Shown here one piece after another: positions 1 to 13,701 of a stretch of DNA of 64,000 nucleotides. The notes under the pieces are model-generated. The model did not search any database, was not told the DNA's origin, and saw nothing but the letters and a program-made list of their open reading frames with translations. Each line of letters opens with the position of its first letter. Position 1 is the first letter of the stretch. Source of the stretch: Eledone cirrhosa. Taxonomy: Eukaryota. The stretch is taken from the NCBI GenBank assembly GCA_964016885.1, contig OZ024755.1, forward strand, positions 11,656,001 through 11,720,000, in the 5' to 3' direction. The translations under genes were made by a program, and so were the position numbers.

Positions 1-104
1 TGAACATTGAAAAAGAAGAAGAGGAAAGAGAGAGAGAGAGAGGGGGGGGGGGTCGATTGAGGCTCGAGATAGAGAGAGGGAGGGAGATGCTGGATAGATA
101 TTAC

Positions 105-142
<38 letters not shown>

Positions 143-897
143 TATAGATGAGAGAGAGAGAGAGAGAGAGATAAAGAGAGAGAGAGAGCGAGAGAGAGGA
201 CATATACACGAGAGAGAAGGGGGAGGAGATGCTGCAGATAGACAGTGAGGGAGAGCGAGAAGTGTCTAGAGAGGGAGAAAGCGAGGCTGAAGGAAAAAGA
301 GAAAAGAAAAATAATTTCTAGCATTTAACCAAGAGATACGGAATATGGAGGAAGTAACAAAGGAAGGAGGAAATTAGGGACCCAATCTAATCTGTTTCTA
401 CAAAGTCCTTCTTGGTTTCTATGTAATTGCAGCTATGAGCCCTTACATTGCGTAAAGTTAAACCTAGAAATTGAATAACAATCTCCATTTCCCATCTATA
501 TCTAATATACCCAGATAAAATTACACAAGGCTATATGTATCTATGTATGCATGCATGCATGCATGTATCTATGCATGTATCTATGTATGCATGTATGCAT
601 GTGTCTATGTATGTATGTATGTATGTATGTGTCTATGTATGTATGTGTGCATGTATATATGTATGCATGTATATATGTATGTATGTATGTATGCATGCAT
701 GCATGCATAGATGCATGTATGTATCTATGTATGTATGTATGTATGTATTTAAGTATGTATGTATATGTATGAATGTGTATATATATATATATATATATGT
801 ATTATGTATGTATACACGTATGAATCTCTCTCTCTCTCTGGTTAACTTAAAAAGCTTTGGGGAAATTTGAAATTTCCTCTGAACGCAGATGACTATA

Positions 898-1086
898 ATA
901 ATTGTTCCTACTTTTGGCACAAGGCCAACAATAATCCAAGTGTATTACTGGTACTTTATTTTATCGACCCCGTAAGGATGAACGGCAAAGTTAACCTCGG
1001 CGGAATTTGAAGTCAGACCATAAAGGGCCGTAACTCTTTGCTGCAAAGCATGGCGTCCGACCCTCTGCCGATACTGCCGATCCACT
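898..1086 (-). mobile_element. tRNA-derived SINE, family 1 (about 190 bp)
   Basis: Reverse complement has an A-box-like TGGCAGTATCGG, a B-box-like GACTTCAAATTCC, body 'ttcatccttacggggtcgataaaataaagtaccagtaa' and tail 'ggccttgtgccaaaagtaggaacaatta'. Many copies in the window. Confidence 0.85.
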
Positions 1087-1294
1087 AATAATGGTCAATC
1101 AACATAAGCAGTAGTTAATACCGAAGTGGAAGAGATGGAAAACAGTGGAAAGAAAAGTCAGGACAGTGGTTAACCCACTCGTCCAGCGTCCGCAATTTGA
1201 GAGCCTTGATGCCTCGCTAGCCCCTACTGCCCACTTTCCTTCTGTTTCTGTCAAGAGGTGTACTTTTTACGTTTTCGGTTTTTACTCCTATCTA

Positions 1295-1482
1295 TAATTG
1301 TTTCTACATTTTGGTAGAAGACCAGCAATTATCCCAGTGCATTACTGATACTTTATTTTACCGACCCCGTAAGGATGAATGGCAAAGTTAACCCCGGCAG
1401 GATTTGAATTCAGACTGCAAAGGGATGTAACTCTATGCTGCAATGCATGGTGTCCGAGCCTCTACCGATACAGCCAAACCTA
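1295..1482 (-). mobile_element. tRNA-derived SINE, family 1, diverged copy
   Basis: Colinear with 898-1086. Confidence 0.8.
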
Positions 1483-1567
1483 TCTATAATGATCCACAAT
1501 TATTATGGACATCTGCTTTGGGGCGACTATATATATGTGTATGCATTTATATATATATGCGTGTGTG

Positions 1568-1624
<57 letters not shown>

Positions 1625-1634
1625 GTATGTATAG

Positions 1635-1770
1635 AGCAGAAATTACTTCTACTGGACTAGATCTGTTCCATTCGTATGAAATAATTTCTATATAATAAAT
1701 ATGGCTATTCTCTATCAACGTATTGAGTACGTTATATAACTGTGGTTATTTCCCGTTCTTTAATAAAATA
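1635..1770. mobile_element. Degenerate Penelope-like pLTR fold-back remnant (family A)
   Basis: 'ttctactggactagatctgttccattc' and 'gtattgagtacgttatataactgtggtta' match the inverted arm and tail of the elements at 23738-23931 and 50778-51161; abuts (TA)n. Confidence 0.55.
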
Positions 1771-1810
1771 TATAAACACACACTACAATTCATAGAATGT
1801 GTTCATGTAT

Positions 1811-1848
<38 letters not shown>

Positions 1849-1849
1849 G

Positions 1850-2212
1850 GGGGGATAGAGAGACGTAGAGGGGGGATAGAGAGGCGTAGAGGGGGGAGAG
1901 AGAGGCGTAGAGGGGGGATAGAGAGGCGTAGAGGGGGAGGGAGAGAAAGGCGTAGAGGGGGGAATAGAGAGGCGTAGAGGGGGATAGAGAGGCGTAGAGG
2001 GGGAGGGAGAGAGAGGCGTAGAGGGGGGATAGAGAGGCGTAGAGGGGGGATAGAGAGGCGTAGAGGGGGAGGGAGAGAAAGGCGTAGAGGGGGGATAGAG
2101 AGGCGTAGAGGGGGGATAGAGAGGCGTAGAGGGGGAGGGAGAGAGAGGCGTAGAGGGGGGATAGAGAGGCGTAGAGGGGGGATAGAGAGGCGTAGAGGGG
2201 GAGAGAGGGGGG
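1850..2212. repeat. G-rich minisatellite, 21/24-bp unit GAGAGGCGTAGAGGGGGGATA
   Basis: Direct tandem repeat; gives the 7-aa periodic PPSTPLY pseudo-ORFs. Confidence 0.9.
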
Positions 2213-2466
2213 GAGTGTGATATCAGGACTATACATATGTATGCTGTACACAACGTTGTTCATTCGCTGAGACGAGAGAACGATGGAGACTTACAGTAAT
2301 GAACTAATGTCAGAAGAGCATGCAACGTGTTAGACTGGGAATCCACTGCTATTCTCTGTAGAGGGAGTAAGTCGATATGAGAATTACAGAAACGCAAACT
2401 TGCATTGCGATGTTGCGTGTTGCATATTTATACACATCCCTTAAGCCTTCATGTACACACACACAT

Positions 2467-2523
<57 letters not shown>

Positions 2524-2724
2524 TAGAGAAAAATATACATATATATAAATATATATATACATACATAATATATATACATACATAGATACATACATACATA
2601 CATAATATATATATATATACATAAATACATACATACTATATATATATATATATACTTACATACATACTATATATATATATATATACTTACATACATACTA
2701 TATATATATATATATACTTACATA

Positions 2725-3464
<740 letters not shown>

Positions 3465-5055
3465 GACTGGATAAATGCGCCAAAGCAACGTTCACCAGAG
3501 GAAAGCTGCTGAAGAGTTCAGACATTAATCTTGATCGGGGGAACGTGATAAGAGAGCTTGATCAAGAACAAACTTACAAATATCTAGGTGTTTGTGAAGG
3601 AGACGGAATCAAGCACTCGACAATGAGGGAAAGGATAAGGAAGGAATGTTACCGCAGAGTCAGAGCAATCTTAAGAACGGAATTGAATGCAAGGAATAGG
3701 ATCGATGCCATAAACACGCTTGCCATACCAGTAGTAACCTACAGTTACAATGTCATCAACTGGTCAAGCACAGAGATCCGTAGGCTCGATACAAAAATCC
3801 GAAAATTCTTAACCATGCACAGAATGCATCACCCTAAGGCAGACATAGATAGAATATATCTCCCTAGGAAAGAAGGAGGACGTGGGTTAATCCAGTTAGA
3901 CATTGCGTTGAAAACTGCAACAATTGGATTATCCACATATCTAAGGGAATCACATGATTGGATGATCAAACTCGTTTTGAAACACGAAAGCACCAAAAGA
4001 TCATATTCCATTACAAAAGATGCACAAAGACACAGTAATGGACTACAAATTTCAGAAGTCCCATTTACTGCTGAAATGGAAAACACAGAAAAAGCAAAGC
4101 AGGTAAAAGTAACTGCAAAGAAAGAACTGCTACAGAAACTGGCTAAGAAATGGCAAGAAAAGCCTCTGTATGGAAAATACCCAGAGCGAGCTAACAATCC
4201 TGATGTTGACAAAACTTTAACCCATCAGTGGTTGGCATCCTCTGGACTGAAATCGGAGACTGAAGGACTGATTATATCCGCACAAGATCAGTGTCTGCCA
4301 ACAAAAAATTACCAAGCCAACATAATAAAAAATGGGTGCAGCCCACTATGCCGTGTATGCAAAAAACAACCAGAGACCATTGACCATATAATTTCAATGT
4401 GCAGTCCTATAGCTCCAACCGAATACCTAAACAGGCATGACAGAGCTGCACAATACATACATTGGATAATGTGTAAGCATTTTGACCTGCCCCATCAAAA
4501 GAATTGGTGGGAGCATCAACCACCTCCCATACTTGAAAAAGATCACATCTCAATCTTGTGGAACTTTAGCATCCAAACAGACCGAAAAATAGATGCAAAT
4601 AGACCTGATATAATATTGAAGGACTTTCAAAGGAGGGTATGCCTGCTAATTGATATGTCTGTTCCAATAGACAAGAATGTATCTATAAAAACATTTGAAA
4701 AATTGAGCAAGTATAAGGACCTGGAGATAGAAATTGGAAAAATGTGGAAATTGAGAACTAAAACAATACCAGTGGTTGTAGGCGCTCTGGGAATGATACC
4801 TAAGGGGTCTAACGACTACTTATCGCAAATCCCAGGAAACCCGCGTATAGGAGAAATACAAAAGATAGTACTAATGGGAACTGCCCATATACTAAGGAAG
4901 ATCCTGTCAATATAAGTACATCACAAGTCTAAACACTAAGGATGCATGTGTGAATATGTGTGTTCTTTCTTGAACATGGCGGACCTTGTTGTCTCTTGAG
5001 GTCACTGGTTGTGACTTGGTGATAACTCGTATAAACATAAAGCAAGATAAATGCA

Positions 5056-5056
<1 letters not shown>
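3465..5056 (+). mobile_element. 5'-truncated R4-clade (Dong-like) non-LTR retrotransposon inserted in (TAA)n
   Basis: Uninterrupted frame (see CDS), 140-bp 3' UTR, (TAA)n on both flanks (3451-3464 and from 5057). Dong elements are known to target TAA repeats. Confidence 0.88.
3467..4915 (+). CDS. C-terminal RT/thumb, CCHC knuckle and restriction-like (REL) endonuclease of an R4/Dong element; no true start
   Basis: LDKCAK..YKYLGV, RIYLPRKEGGRGL, CRVCKKQPETIDHIISMC, RHD, RPDIILKD, LIDMSVP, EKLSKYKDL, IPVVVGALG. Frame is open upstream of the annotated GTG at 3545 back to the (TAA)n junction. Confidence 0.9.
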   Translation: MDKCAKATFTRGKLLKSSDINLDRGNVIRELDQEQTYKYLGVCEGDGIKHSTMRERIRKECYRRVRAILRTELNARNRIDAINTLAIPVVTYSYNVINWSSTEIRRLDTKIRKFLTMHRMHHPKADIDRIYLPRKEGGRGLIQLDIALKTATIGLSTYLRESHDWMIKLVLKHESTKRSYSITKDAQRHSNGLQISEVPFTAEMENTEKAKQVKVTAKKELLQKLAKKWQEKPLYGKYPERANNPDVDKTLTHQWLASSGLKSETEGLIISAQDQCLPTKNYQANIIKNGCSPLCRVCKKQPETIDHIISMCSPIAPTEYLNRHDRAAQYIHWIMCKHFDLPHQKNWWEHQPPPILEKDHISILWNFSIQTDRKIDANRPDIILKDFQRRVCLLIDMSVPIDKNVSIKTFEKLSKYKDLEIEIGKMWKLRTKTIPVVVGALGMIPKGSNDYLSQIPGNPRIGEIQKIVLMGTAHILRKILSI

Positions 5057-5098
<42 letters not shown>

Positions 5099-5177
5099 GC
5101 AATAATAATAATAACGACAACAACAATAATAATATACATATTCATATATATATACACACACACGCACGCACATAAGC

Positions 5178-5216
<39 letters not shown>

Positions 5217-5231
5217 AACACACGATAGCAA

Positions 5232-6989
5232 CTAACAGTGCTGCGATCGAATGTGGCTTTTTAGCCCAGCCAATGATCCAAAATGTCTTGCACAGAGTCG
5301 GCAACCAAAACATTTACTGGGAATAGTCGGCTGTGGTTGGAGTTCGTGTACTTTTGCATGTCGCTTGAGTCCTCCTGCTGATTTACATTCTCTACCACAT
5401 GTTTGGCAAGCATGATGAGTAGCATCTCCAACAGCAGCCTGGTAGTCAACCACTGGTCTTACTTTATGACTGCGAAGATGACTTTCGAGTCCAGCTTTGC
5501 TTAGGCAGAGTCTCGCACAGACGCTGCATGTCAGAAACATAGGAGGACCCTCGCCGTCTGGAAGTGCAACAGCAATACCCTTCCTCACGTCCCGCTTTAC
5601 TTTCTCGTGTGCGATTCGAGATGCCTCAAAGGCAACTTTTCCCTCATATACAGTCTTTCTCCATTTATTACGATCAGCAGCAATATTTTCCCATGTATCA
5701 GCAGAGATGTTAGCGTCTTTCAGAGAGGCCTTCAAGGAATCCTTATACCTCTTTTTTGGTTTATGTGGCGGTCGTTTTCCTTTAACCAACTCTCCATAGA
5801 AGAGTTGTTTTGGTATTCTAGAATCCTTCATCCTGGCAAGGTGACCACTCCAACGGAGTCGCTGCTTAAGCACAAGAGCTTCTATACTGTCACACATAGA
5901 GCTTTCCAAAATCTCGACATCACTGATGTGGTCCCTCCAGCGAACGCCATGTATCCGTCTGAGACACATCTGATGGAAACGCTCCAATTGCTTAAGGTGG
6001 CGTCGATATGTGACCCAGGTCTCGCAGGCATAAAGAAGACAAGAGAGTACACATGCCCTGTACACCTTTACCTTTGTCCTCCTGCATATGTCTCGCCGAC
6101 CCCAGAGTCGCCTTTCTAGCTTTCCGAAAGCATCACTTGCTTTCCTAATCCTAAGTGAGATTTCACTGTCAAGGTTGCCGTATCGATTGACAGTGCTTCC
6201 CAGGTAGACAAACTGATCAACCACTCCAAGTCGTTTGCCATACACATAGATGTTTGGTTCAGTGTACTGCCTACCAGGTGCAGGTTGGTACATGACGACG
6301 GTTTTCTTGAGACTGACAGTCAAACCCAGGGCAGTGCAAGCGTCAGAAAATACATTCAAAATGTGCTGCATATCACTCTCTGTGTGCGCTACAAGATCGC
6401 AATCATCTGCATACAAGAGGTCTCTTATGACTGATGTAAATACTTTTGTCTTCGCAGCAAAGCGCCTGATGTTAAATATGCTGCCTGAGGTTCGATATCG
6501 GATGTAAACACCATGCTCGCAATTCCTGAATGCAATACAGAAAACCATTGCAAAGTATATGGCAAACAGGGTCGGTGCTGGAATATCCCCCTGTTTCACT
6601 CCATTTTTTACTGAGATAGGCTCCGACATGTTACCTCCGACATTAACCCAAGCCTTCATGTCGTCATGGAAAGACCTAACTAAAGCAAGGAACTTATCAG
6701 GGCAACCAAGTTTCTGGAGAACCTTCCATAATGCATCTCTGTTGACAGTATCGAAAGCCTTTGTCAGATCGACAAAAACCTGATACAGATCCAAGCCCTG
6801 TTCAATGCACTTCTCCTGGAGCTGTCTAGCTGAGAAGATCATATCAGTAGTGCCGCGTCCAACACGAAAACCAGATTGACTTTCAGGAAGGACACAATCT
6901 GCAATGTGTGTCAGCAGACGGTCCAGAAGCACCCTACATAAAACTTTCCCCACGACAGAAAGCAATGATATACCTCTGTAGTTCCCACA
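5232..6989 (-). mobile_element. 5'-truncated RTE (BovB-like) LINE: RT domain plus three C-terminal C2H2 fingers, open frame of 585 codons
   Basis: [77 protein letters not shown] endonuclease is absent; the 5' end abuts (ATGT)n, so the upstream part of the listed ORF is microsatellite. Confidence 0.93.
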
Positions 6990-7030
6990 ATACATACATA
7001 CATACATACATACATACATACATACATACA

Positions 7031-7066
<36 letters not shown>

Positions 7067-7147
7067 TATACATACATATATATATATACATACATATATA
7101 TATATACATACATACATATATATACATACATACATATATATACATAC

Positions 7148-7181
<34 letters not shown>

Positions 7182-7651
7182 ACATACATACATACATATA
7201 CATACATACATACATATACATACATATATATATATACATACATATATATATACATACATACATACATATATATATACATACATATATATATATACATATA
7301 TATATACATACATATATATATATACATATATATATACATACATATATATATATACATACATATATACATACATATATATATACATACATATATATATATA
7401 CATACATATATATATACATACATATATACATACATATATATATACATACATATATATATACATATATATATACATACATATATATATACATATATATATA
7501 CATACATATATATATACATATATATATACATACATATATATATACATACATATATATATACATACATATATATATACATACATATATATATACATACATA
7601 TATATATATACATACATATATATATACATACATATATATATACATACATAT

Positions 7652-7682
<31 letters not shown>

Positions 7683-7892
7683 CATACATACATACATACA
7701 TATATATACATACATACATATATATATACATACATATATATATATATATATATACATACATATATATATACATACATACATATATACATATATATATACA
7801 TACATATATATATACATACATATATATATATACATATATATATATACATACATATATATACATATATATATATACATACATATATATACATA

Positions 7893-7942
<50 letters not shown>

Positions 7943-7947
7943 CATAC

Positions 7948-7992
<45 letters not shown>

Positions 7993-7993
7993 C

Positions 7994-8024
<31 letters not shown>

Positions 8025-8081
8025 CATACATACATATATATATATATACATATATATATACATACATACATATATATATAT

Positions 8082-8114
<33 letters not shown>

Positions 8115-8118
8115 CATA
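6990..8118. repeat. (TACA)n/(TA)n compound microsatellite
   Basis: Direct inspection. Confidence 0.95.
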
Positions 8119-8135
8119 ATATATCTATCTATCTA

Positions 8136-8250
8136 AGGCGGGTAAAATTCCCGAGATCCATGGACGAGTTCTCTCCAGCGGTCTCATTATCGCTGCCATG
8201 TCCTGCGTCTCTAACAGACCAGTGTCTGTCCTTAGGGCATCAACATACAT
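8136..8250 (-). mobile_element. RTE-X-like LINE 3' fragment
   Basis: Minus frame [21 protein letters not shown] resembles the RTE-X C-terminus (TYVDxLxxDTGL..AMxDR); (AGAT)n tail. Confidence 0.5.
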
Positions 8251-8257
8251 ATATTTA

Positions 8258-8342
8258 GACATCGTAAAGGGACGTAAAGGGACGTAACTATGCTGGAAAG
8301 CATGGCGTCCGACCCTCTACCGATACTGCCAATCCACCGCCT
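8258..8342 (-). mobile_element. SINE family 1, head-only fragment
   Basis: 'gtaaagggacgtaactatgctggaaagcatggcgtccgaccctctaccgatactgccaatccaccgcc'. Confidence 0.8.
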
Positions 8343-8549
8343 AATTATAATGTCAGTTTACAATTGTTTCGCTACTCCATATAATATTTCTGGATCAGAT
8401 GACTATATATCATAATTGATCTGGTTCAGTTGAAAATAATTAACATATTTAAAAAAACAGAGTGGCTCATCGGAACTTCAAAGGAATAATATAATGTTCC
8501 ATATATTGGTTTATACTATGGTGTCTTGGTTGCATCAGCTGTCAGCCAT

Positions 8550-8634
8550 AATCAAGCAGTATTCATCTGTCGAGGCTGTTACCCGTAGGCAGATCTCACA
8601 AATTCAAGCCTCGACAGATGAATACTGCTTGATT
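8550..8634. repeat. Perfect 28-bp inverted repeat, 29-nt spacer
   Basis: aatcaagcagtattcatctgtcgaggct (8550-8577) / agcctcgacagatgaatactgcttgatt (8607-8634). Confidence 0.9.
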
Positions 8635-10208
8635 CCGGCATTTATTCCGGCCCTTTATGCTCTGACACACTGAAGTCTAACAACGTCCACAATGTCTATA
8701 TTTTGGGAACTATAACAAACATCCAACGCTCTAGCAACTCCACTACACTGAAGCAGAACAACAGCTCCATTACTAATCCCAACATCTCTATCAGCACAAC
8801 GTTTATATTTTGGGAACTGTAAAAAACCATGAATGTTCTAACGACTCCAACACAATGGAACAAAACACCACTTCCACTAACACGAGTAACAAAACCTCCA
8901 ACAACAACACTATCTCCACTATGCCTATATTTTGGGTTGGAAAATAAATAAACCAAAAATAAAATTCCGTAATTGCAAAAGCTAGATATTCAACAGTTAA
9001 ACGTTGTGTATATAGTTTGATACGATCGCGTCTGTATGTAAAAACATTTCAAATGAATGAACAACTGAATGTTCATCGGTGACAGCAACAGAGATTACAC
9101 CGTTATTTTTGCTGAAAATTAAATGAAAACCAAAACAAAACTCTGTACTAACAAAATCTAGACATTTAGATAAATATTACATAGTCTATGGTATATTATC
9201 ATGAATATTGAGTTGTTTAAGAAAGCTACGAAGTAACAATTTTGCAGTTGAATGCTCATCATTGATACATGTTCTGTAGTCTATGGTATATTATCGTCTG
9301 AATCTTCAGTTTGTAAGTAGGTAAAGTAACAAGTTTATGGACACCAGTACCTATTGTGTGTATATTTGTGTCTATATCTGTATAAATATCTTCATTTGTT
9401 CGCATATGCGCATATATTTGAGTGTCTGTTTGTATATATTTGTATATATGTGTGTATGTATTTGTCTATAATTGTGTGTATATATCTACGCATATTTGTG
9501 CCTATGCGTATATATGTGTGTATATTTTTATGTGTTTGTGTGTATGTGTATATATTTGTATATATTAGTGCGAATATATGTATATATGTGTGTGTATATT
9601 TGTTTGTTTCAATCATCGTTGAAATAAAAGAAGGAACTGTAGAGATTCAACAGATAAAACAAAATGGCTTCTTCCTTAACTCAAGGTTTATCTCACTAAC
9701 AAATCTGACCTATGGTTGAGTCATGACAACAAGCTTGATACGCTTTTTCTTATGTTAGGTTCTTGTACGACATACATTCCGTGTCCCATCTTTCTTTATG
9801 TCTTTCGTTCATTTTTTTTCTTTATTTTCTTTTCTTTCTCTCTCTTTTTCTTTATATCTTTCTCGCACTACATTCCTGTTCTGTATTCCCCACACCTCTC
9901 TCTTTATCTATTTATCTGTCTATTTATTCATCTAGCTATCTTCCTCAGTCAATCTATCAATCTGTGATCCTTTATCAGTCTCCGTCTCTCTATCTATCTG
10001 TGTATATATCTATACCCCTCTCACTCTCACACACACTATCTATCTCGGATTCTCTAGCAATTTCCATCTCTCTATCTATCTGTCTATATATCTATACCCC
10101 TCTCACTCACACACACACTATCTATCTCGGATTCTCTAGCAATTTCCGTCTCTCTATCTATCTCTTTTTCTCTATCTTATTCGCCCCCCCCCCCCATCTC
10201 TCTCTCTT

Positions 10209-10245
<37 letters not shown>

Positions 10246-11400
10246 CTCTCTCTCTTGCACACACACACACACTCTCTCTCTCCCTATCTATCTATCTATC
10301 TATCTTTCTATCTCAGTCTCTCTATCTCTCCGACGCTGTTACTCTGTTCTATCTTTTGCCTATCCTTCTCTGTATTTCTTCCTCTCTGTTTCTTAATTTT
10401 TGCTGTTTTCTTTAAAAACCTCATCCTCTCTCCCTTAGCATCTTAGTCTTTCTACTTATATTGTACTCTTATACTTTCACCGACTCTCACTTCTGCTTTG
10501 TCCAGCTCTTCTTCTTCACACTCTGTTAGTCTCTCCAATTCGCGCTATCCATACCATGAGTTTTGAACTCCTGATTGAGTCATAGTGATGCCGTCATGAC
10601 ATACGGCTTTTATGGGGCATTTATAACTGCTAGAGACCTTCAATTCTGGTAGAGACTCTTCAATTCTGGGCACAACTAATTTCTTTCAGAGAGAGGGAGA
10701 TATTGGAGTGAAAAAGATACATAAAGTTAGACAAGACCTCAATACAAGTCTAGTAGTTTATTTATCGACATTGGTGGGATTTGATCCGAGAGTGCCTTGA
10801 GCTAGAACACATAGCACGGTATTTAAACCGACACTGCCATGTTCCCGCTTTATTTGATTAACTTCAAAGGAAAGAACGTTTAATTCAAATCTAGCAAGAT
10901 TTGAACTAAAAAATATATACATCAATAAACGTAGGCTAAGAGAAATATTTGAAAATATTTTGCTCCGCACACCATCACATCAGGTGTGCAATACTGCATG
11001 GCTATTGTTTACAGAATAATGATGAATGGCATATTCAGGATTGTCAGCCTTAAGATATTGTTCAGTTTGTGTATGAGTATTCCTGTCTTTGCGTGCGATA
11101 GCAATATATTTATGATATTATTTGTTTTCTTGCTTGTAATAACGATGTTGGCGTTTGTGTTAGTATTCATGCCGGAATGTTTTTTGATGGTAGTAGTCGG
11201 GATGATGAATGTGATACCTATAACAATATTGTTGTTGTTGTTGCTGCTGCTGCTGCTGTTATTGTTGCGGTCAGTGTGTGTTTGTGTGTTGTTTTAGGAA
11301 ATGTTGATCTTTTTTATTGTAGTTCTATTAGTTTGTATTTGTGAGGATGTTGAATGTGAAAGCCGTAGATATATTGTTGTTGTTGCTACAGTAGCAGTTA

Positions 11401-11439
<39 letters not shown>

Positions 11440-11687
11440 CAGCAGCAGTGGTGGTAATAGTAGTAGTAGTAGTAGCAGAAGCAGTGATGATGTCGTTACA
11501 ATCGTAATTGTTATTGTAGTAGTATTTGTAGTAGTGGGAGGAGGAGGGGGATGAGGGGGAGGAGCAACAATAGTAGTAGCAGTAGTGGTAGTAATAGTAG
11601 TGGCAGCAGCAGTAGTAGTAGTAGTCCTCACACAAGGAATAACTCAAAATACCATTCCTTTTGAAATTCTACACCCCGTAAACTCAC

Positions 11688-11736
11688 GAAAGATGATGAC
11701 CGCTAAGAAAAAGTCATAAGATAGTTGAGACGCCAT
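11688..11736 (-). CDS. Candidate first coding exon (signal-peptide-like) of an unidentified host gene; exon 11787-11688
   Basis: Minus strand: acceptor 'tttgttttgtttcttgtcAG', 'aagATGGCG' start, MASQLSYDFFLAVIIF + 1 nt, then donor GTGAGT (phase 1). No partner exon was identified. Confidence 0.33.
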
Positions 11737-11944
11737 CTTAGTTTTCAGAAACCTTATTATGCAACTAAACACGCTATGTTGACTGTCCTGACAAGAAACA
11801 AAACAAAGATACATTATATTCTCACAAAAATAAAAAATAATAATAATAATAAAGTTATACACATATATAAAAAAATAATATAACTCAAATCAATAAAATT
11901 ACGATATATGTGTGTGTTTGTTTATGTGTGTGTATGTGTAGGTA

Positions 11945-12215
11945 TGGGTGTACATATACATGTATACATATGTACATTTATGTATATCTAGATGTGTGGT
12001 GCGTGGTGTGTGTTGTGTGTATGTATATGTGTGTGTGCGTGTGTGCGTGTGTGTAGGTAGGTGTGGGTGTACATATACATGTATACATATGTACATTTAT
12101 GTATATCTAGATGTGTGGTGTGTGTTGTGTGTATGTATATGTGTGTGTGTGTGTAGATAGTTGTGGGTGTACATATACATGTATATATATGTACATTTAT
12201 GTATATCTAGGTGTG
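11945..12215. repeat. Three-copy tandem repeat 'gggtgtacatatacatgtatacatatgtacatttatgtatatctag' + (TG)n
   Basis: Copies near 11946, 12065 and 12165. Confidence 0.8.
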
Positions 12216-12589
12216 TGTGCGTGTGTGCGTGTGCGTGTGCGTGCGCGTGCGCGTGCGTGTGTGTGTGTGTGTGAGAGAATAAGAAGATATGTCCTGGTTT
12301 AAATTCCAAGCTTAAAATTATTCATAACTAAACCGAGTCACCGCCGCCATTTACTACGTAAGTCTTCTAATGCATATAATTATGTTGTCTCATTTTACCT
12401 TTGAACACAGATTAAATAACATGTTCAAAGGAAACAACATTTTAACAGGTTACATAGCGGAGACTGTTTGCTTTCAATAGGATCCTAGGCATCTTCACGC
12501 GATGCGTTTTTATAACAATCTGTCTATCACTCCTTCTCTCCCTGTGTATATATAGTTACTGCCACGCACACATACACACACAGATGTAA

Positions 12590-12653
<64 letters not shown>

Positions 12654-12656
<3 letters not shown>

Positions 12657-12910
12657 CAAAAGGGATATTCAATTTGTTGGTAATTCAACAAATATAAATG
12701 TTTATAACTGATTCAGAGCACTCGACAAGTTTTATTCAATGATATTAAATAAACTATATGTATGAAATCATATTTATTCTAGTATATATATTTCAAGGGT
12801 ACCAAAACTTTGGTATGCTTTCATCAGATGAAATACGAAGTGTGTTTTATAAATTTTGACATGACCAAGAAAAATAACTTAACGGTTCAAGTTTTCCTTG
12901 GATAGCGAAT
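12654..12910 (-). mobile_element. Penelope-like pLTR (family B), diverged, with hammerhead core
   Basis: Minus strand CTGATGA-aagc-atacca..tggtac-cctt-GAAA-tatata-TA at about 12775-12835; homologous to 50348-50660 and 53192-53356; 3' end in (TA)n; stem I is degenerate. Confidence 0.65.
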
Positions 12911-13384
12911 ATATATTTATATATATAATATATATTTATATTTACATAATATATATTTATATCTTTATATATATAATACATATTTATATATATATATATA
13001 TATTTATATAAATAATATATATATATATATATATATATAATTATAAATATAATATATATTTATATAATATATATTTATATTTATATATATAATTATAAAT
13101 ATAATATATATTTATATTTATAGATATATTTATATCTTTATATATATAATACATATTTATATATATATATATATATTTATATAAATAATATATATATATA
13201 TATATATATATAATTATAAATATAATATATATTTATATAATATATATTTATATTTATATATATAATTATAAATATAATATATATTTATATTTATAGATAT
13301 AATTATAAATATAATATATATTTATATTTATAGATATAATTATATATATAATATATTTATATATTTATATATATATATATAATT

Positions 13385-13596
13385 ATATATATAATATATT
13401 TATATATATATATATTTATATATATATTTATATATATATTTATATATATAATATATTTATATATATATATTTATATATATATTTATATATATAATATATT
13501 TATATATATATATTTATATATATAATATATATATTTATATATATATTTATATATATAATATATATTTATATATATATATATATATTTGTATATATA

Positions 13597-13637
<41 letters not shown>

Positions 13638-13669
13638 TCTAATATATATATATATATAATATATATCTA

Positions 13670-13701
<32 letters not shown>

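Noticed and set aside
11294-11647. Thr/Val/Leu-rich mucin-like or transmembrane ORFs
   Set aside because: They derive from (TAG)n/(CAG)n/(TTG)n trinucleotide repeats.
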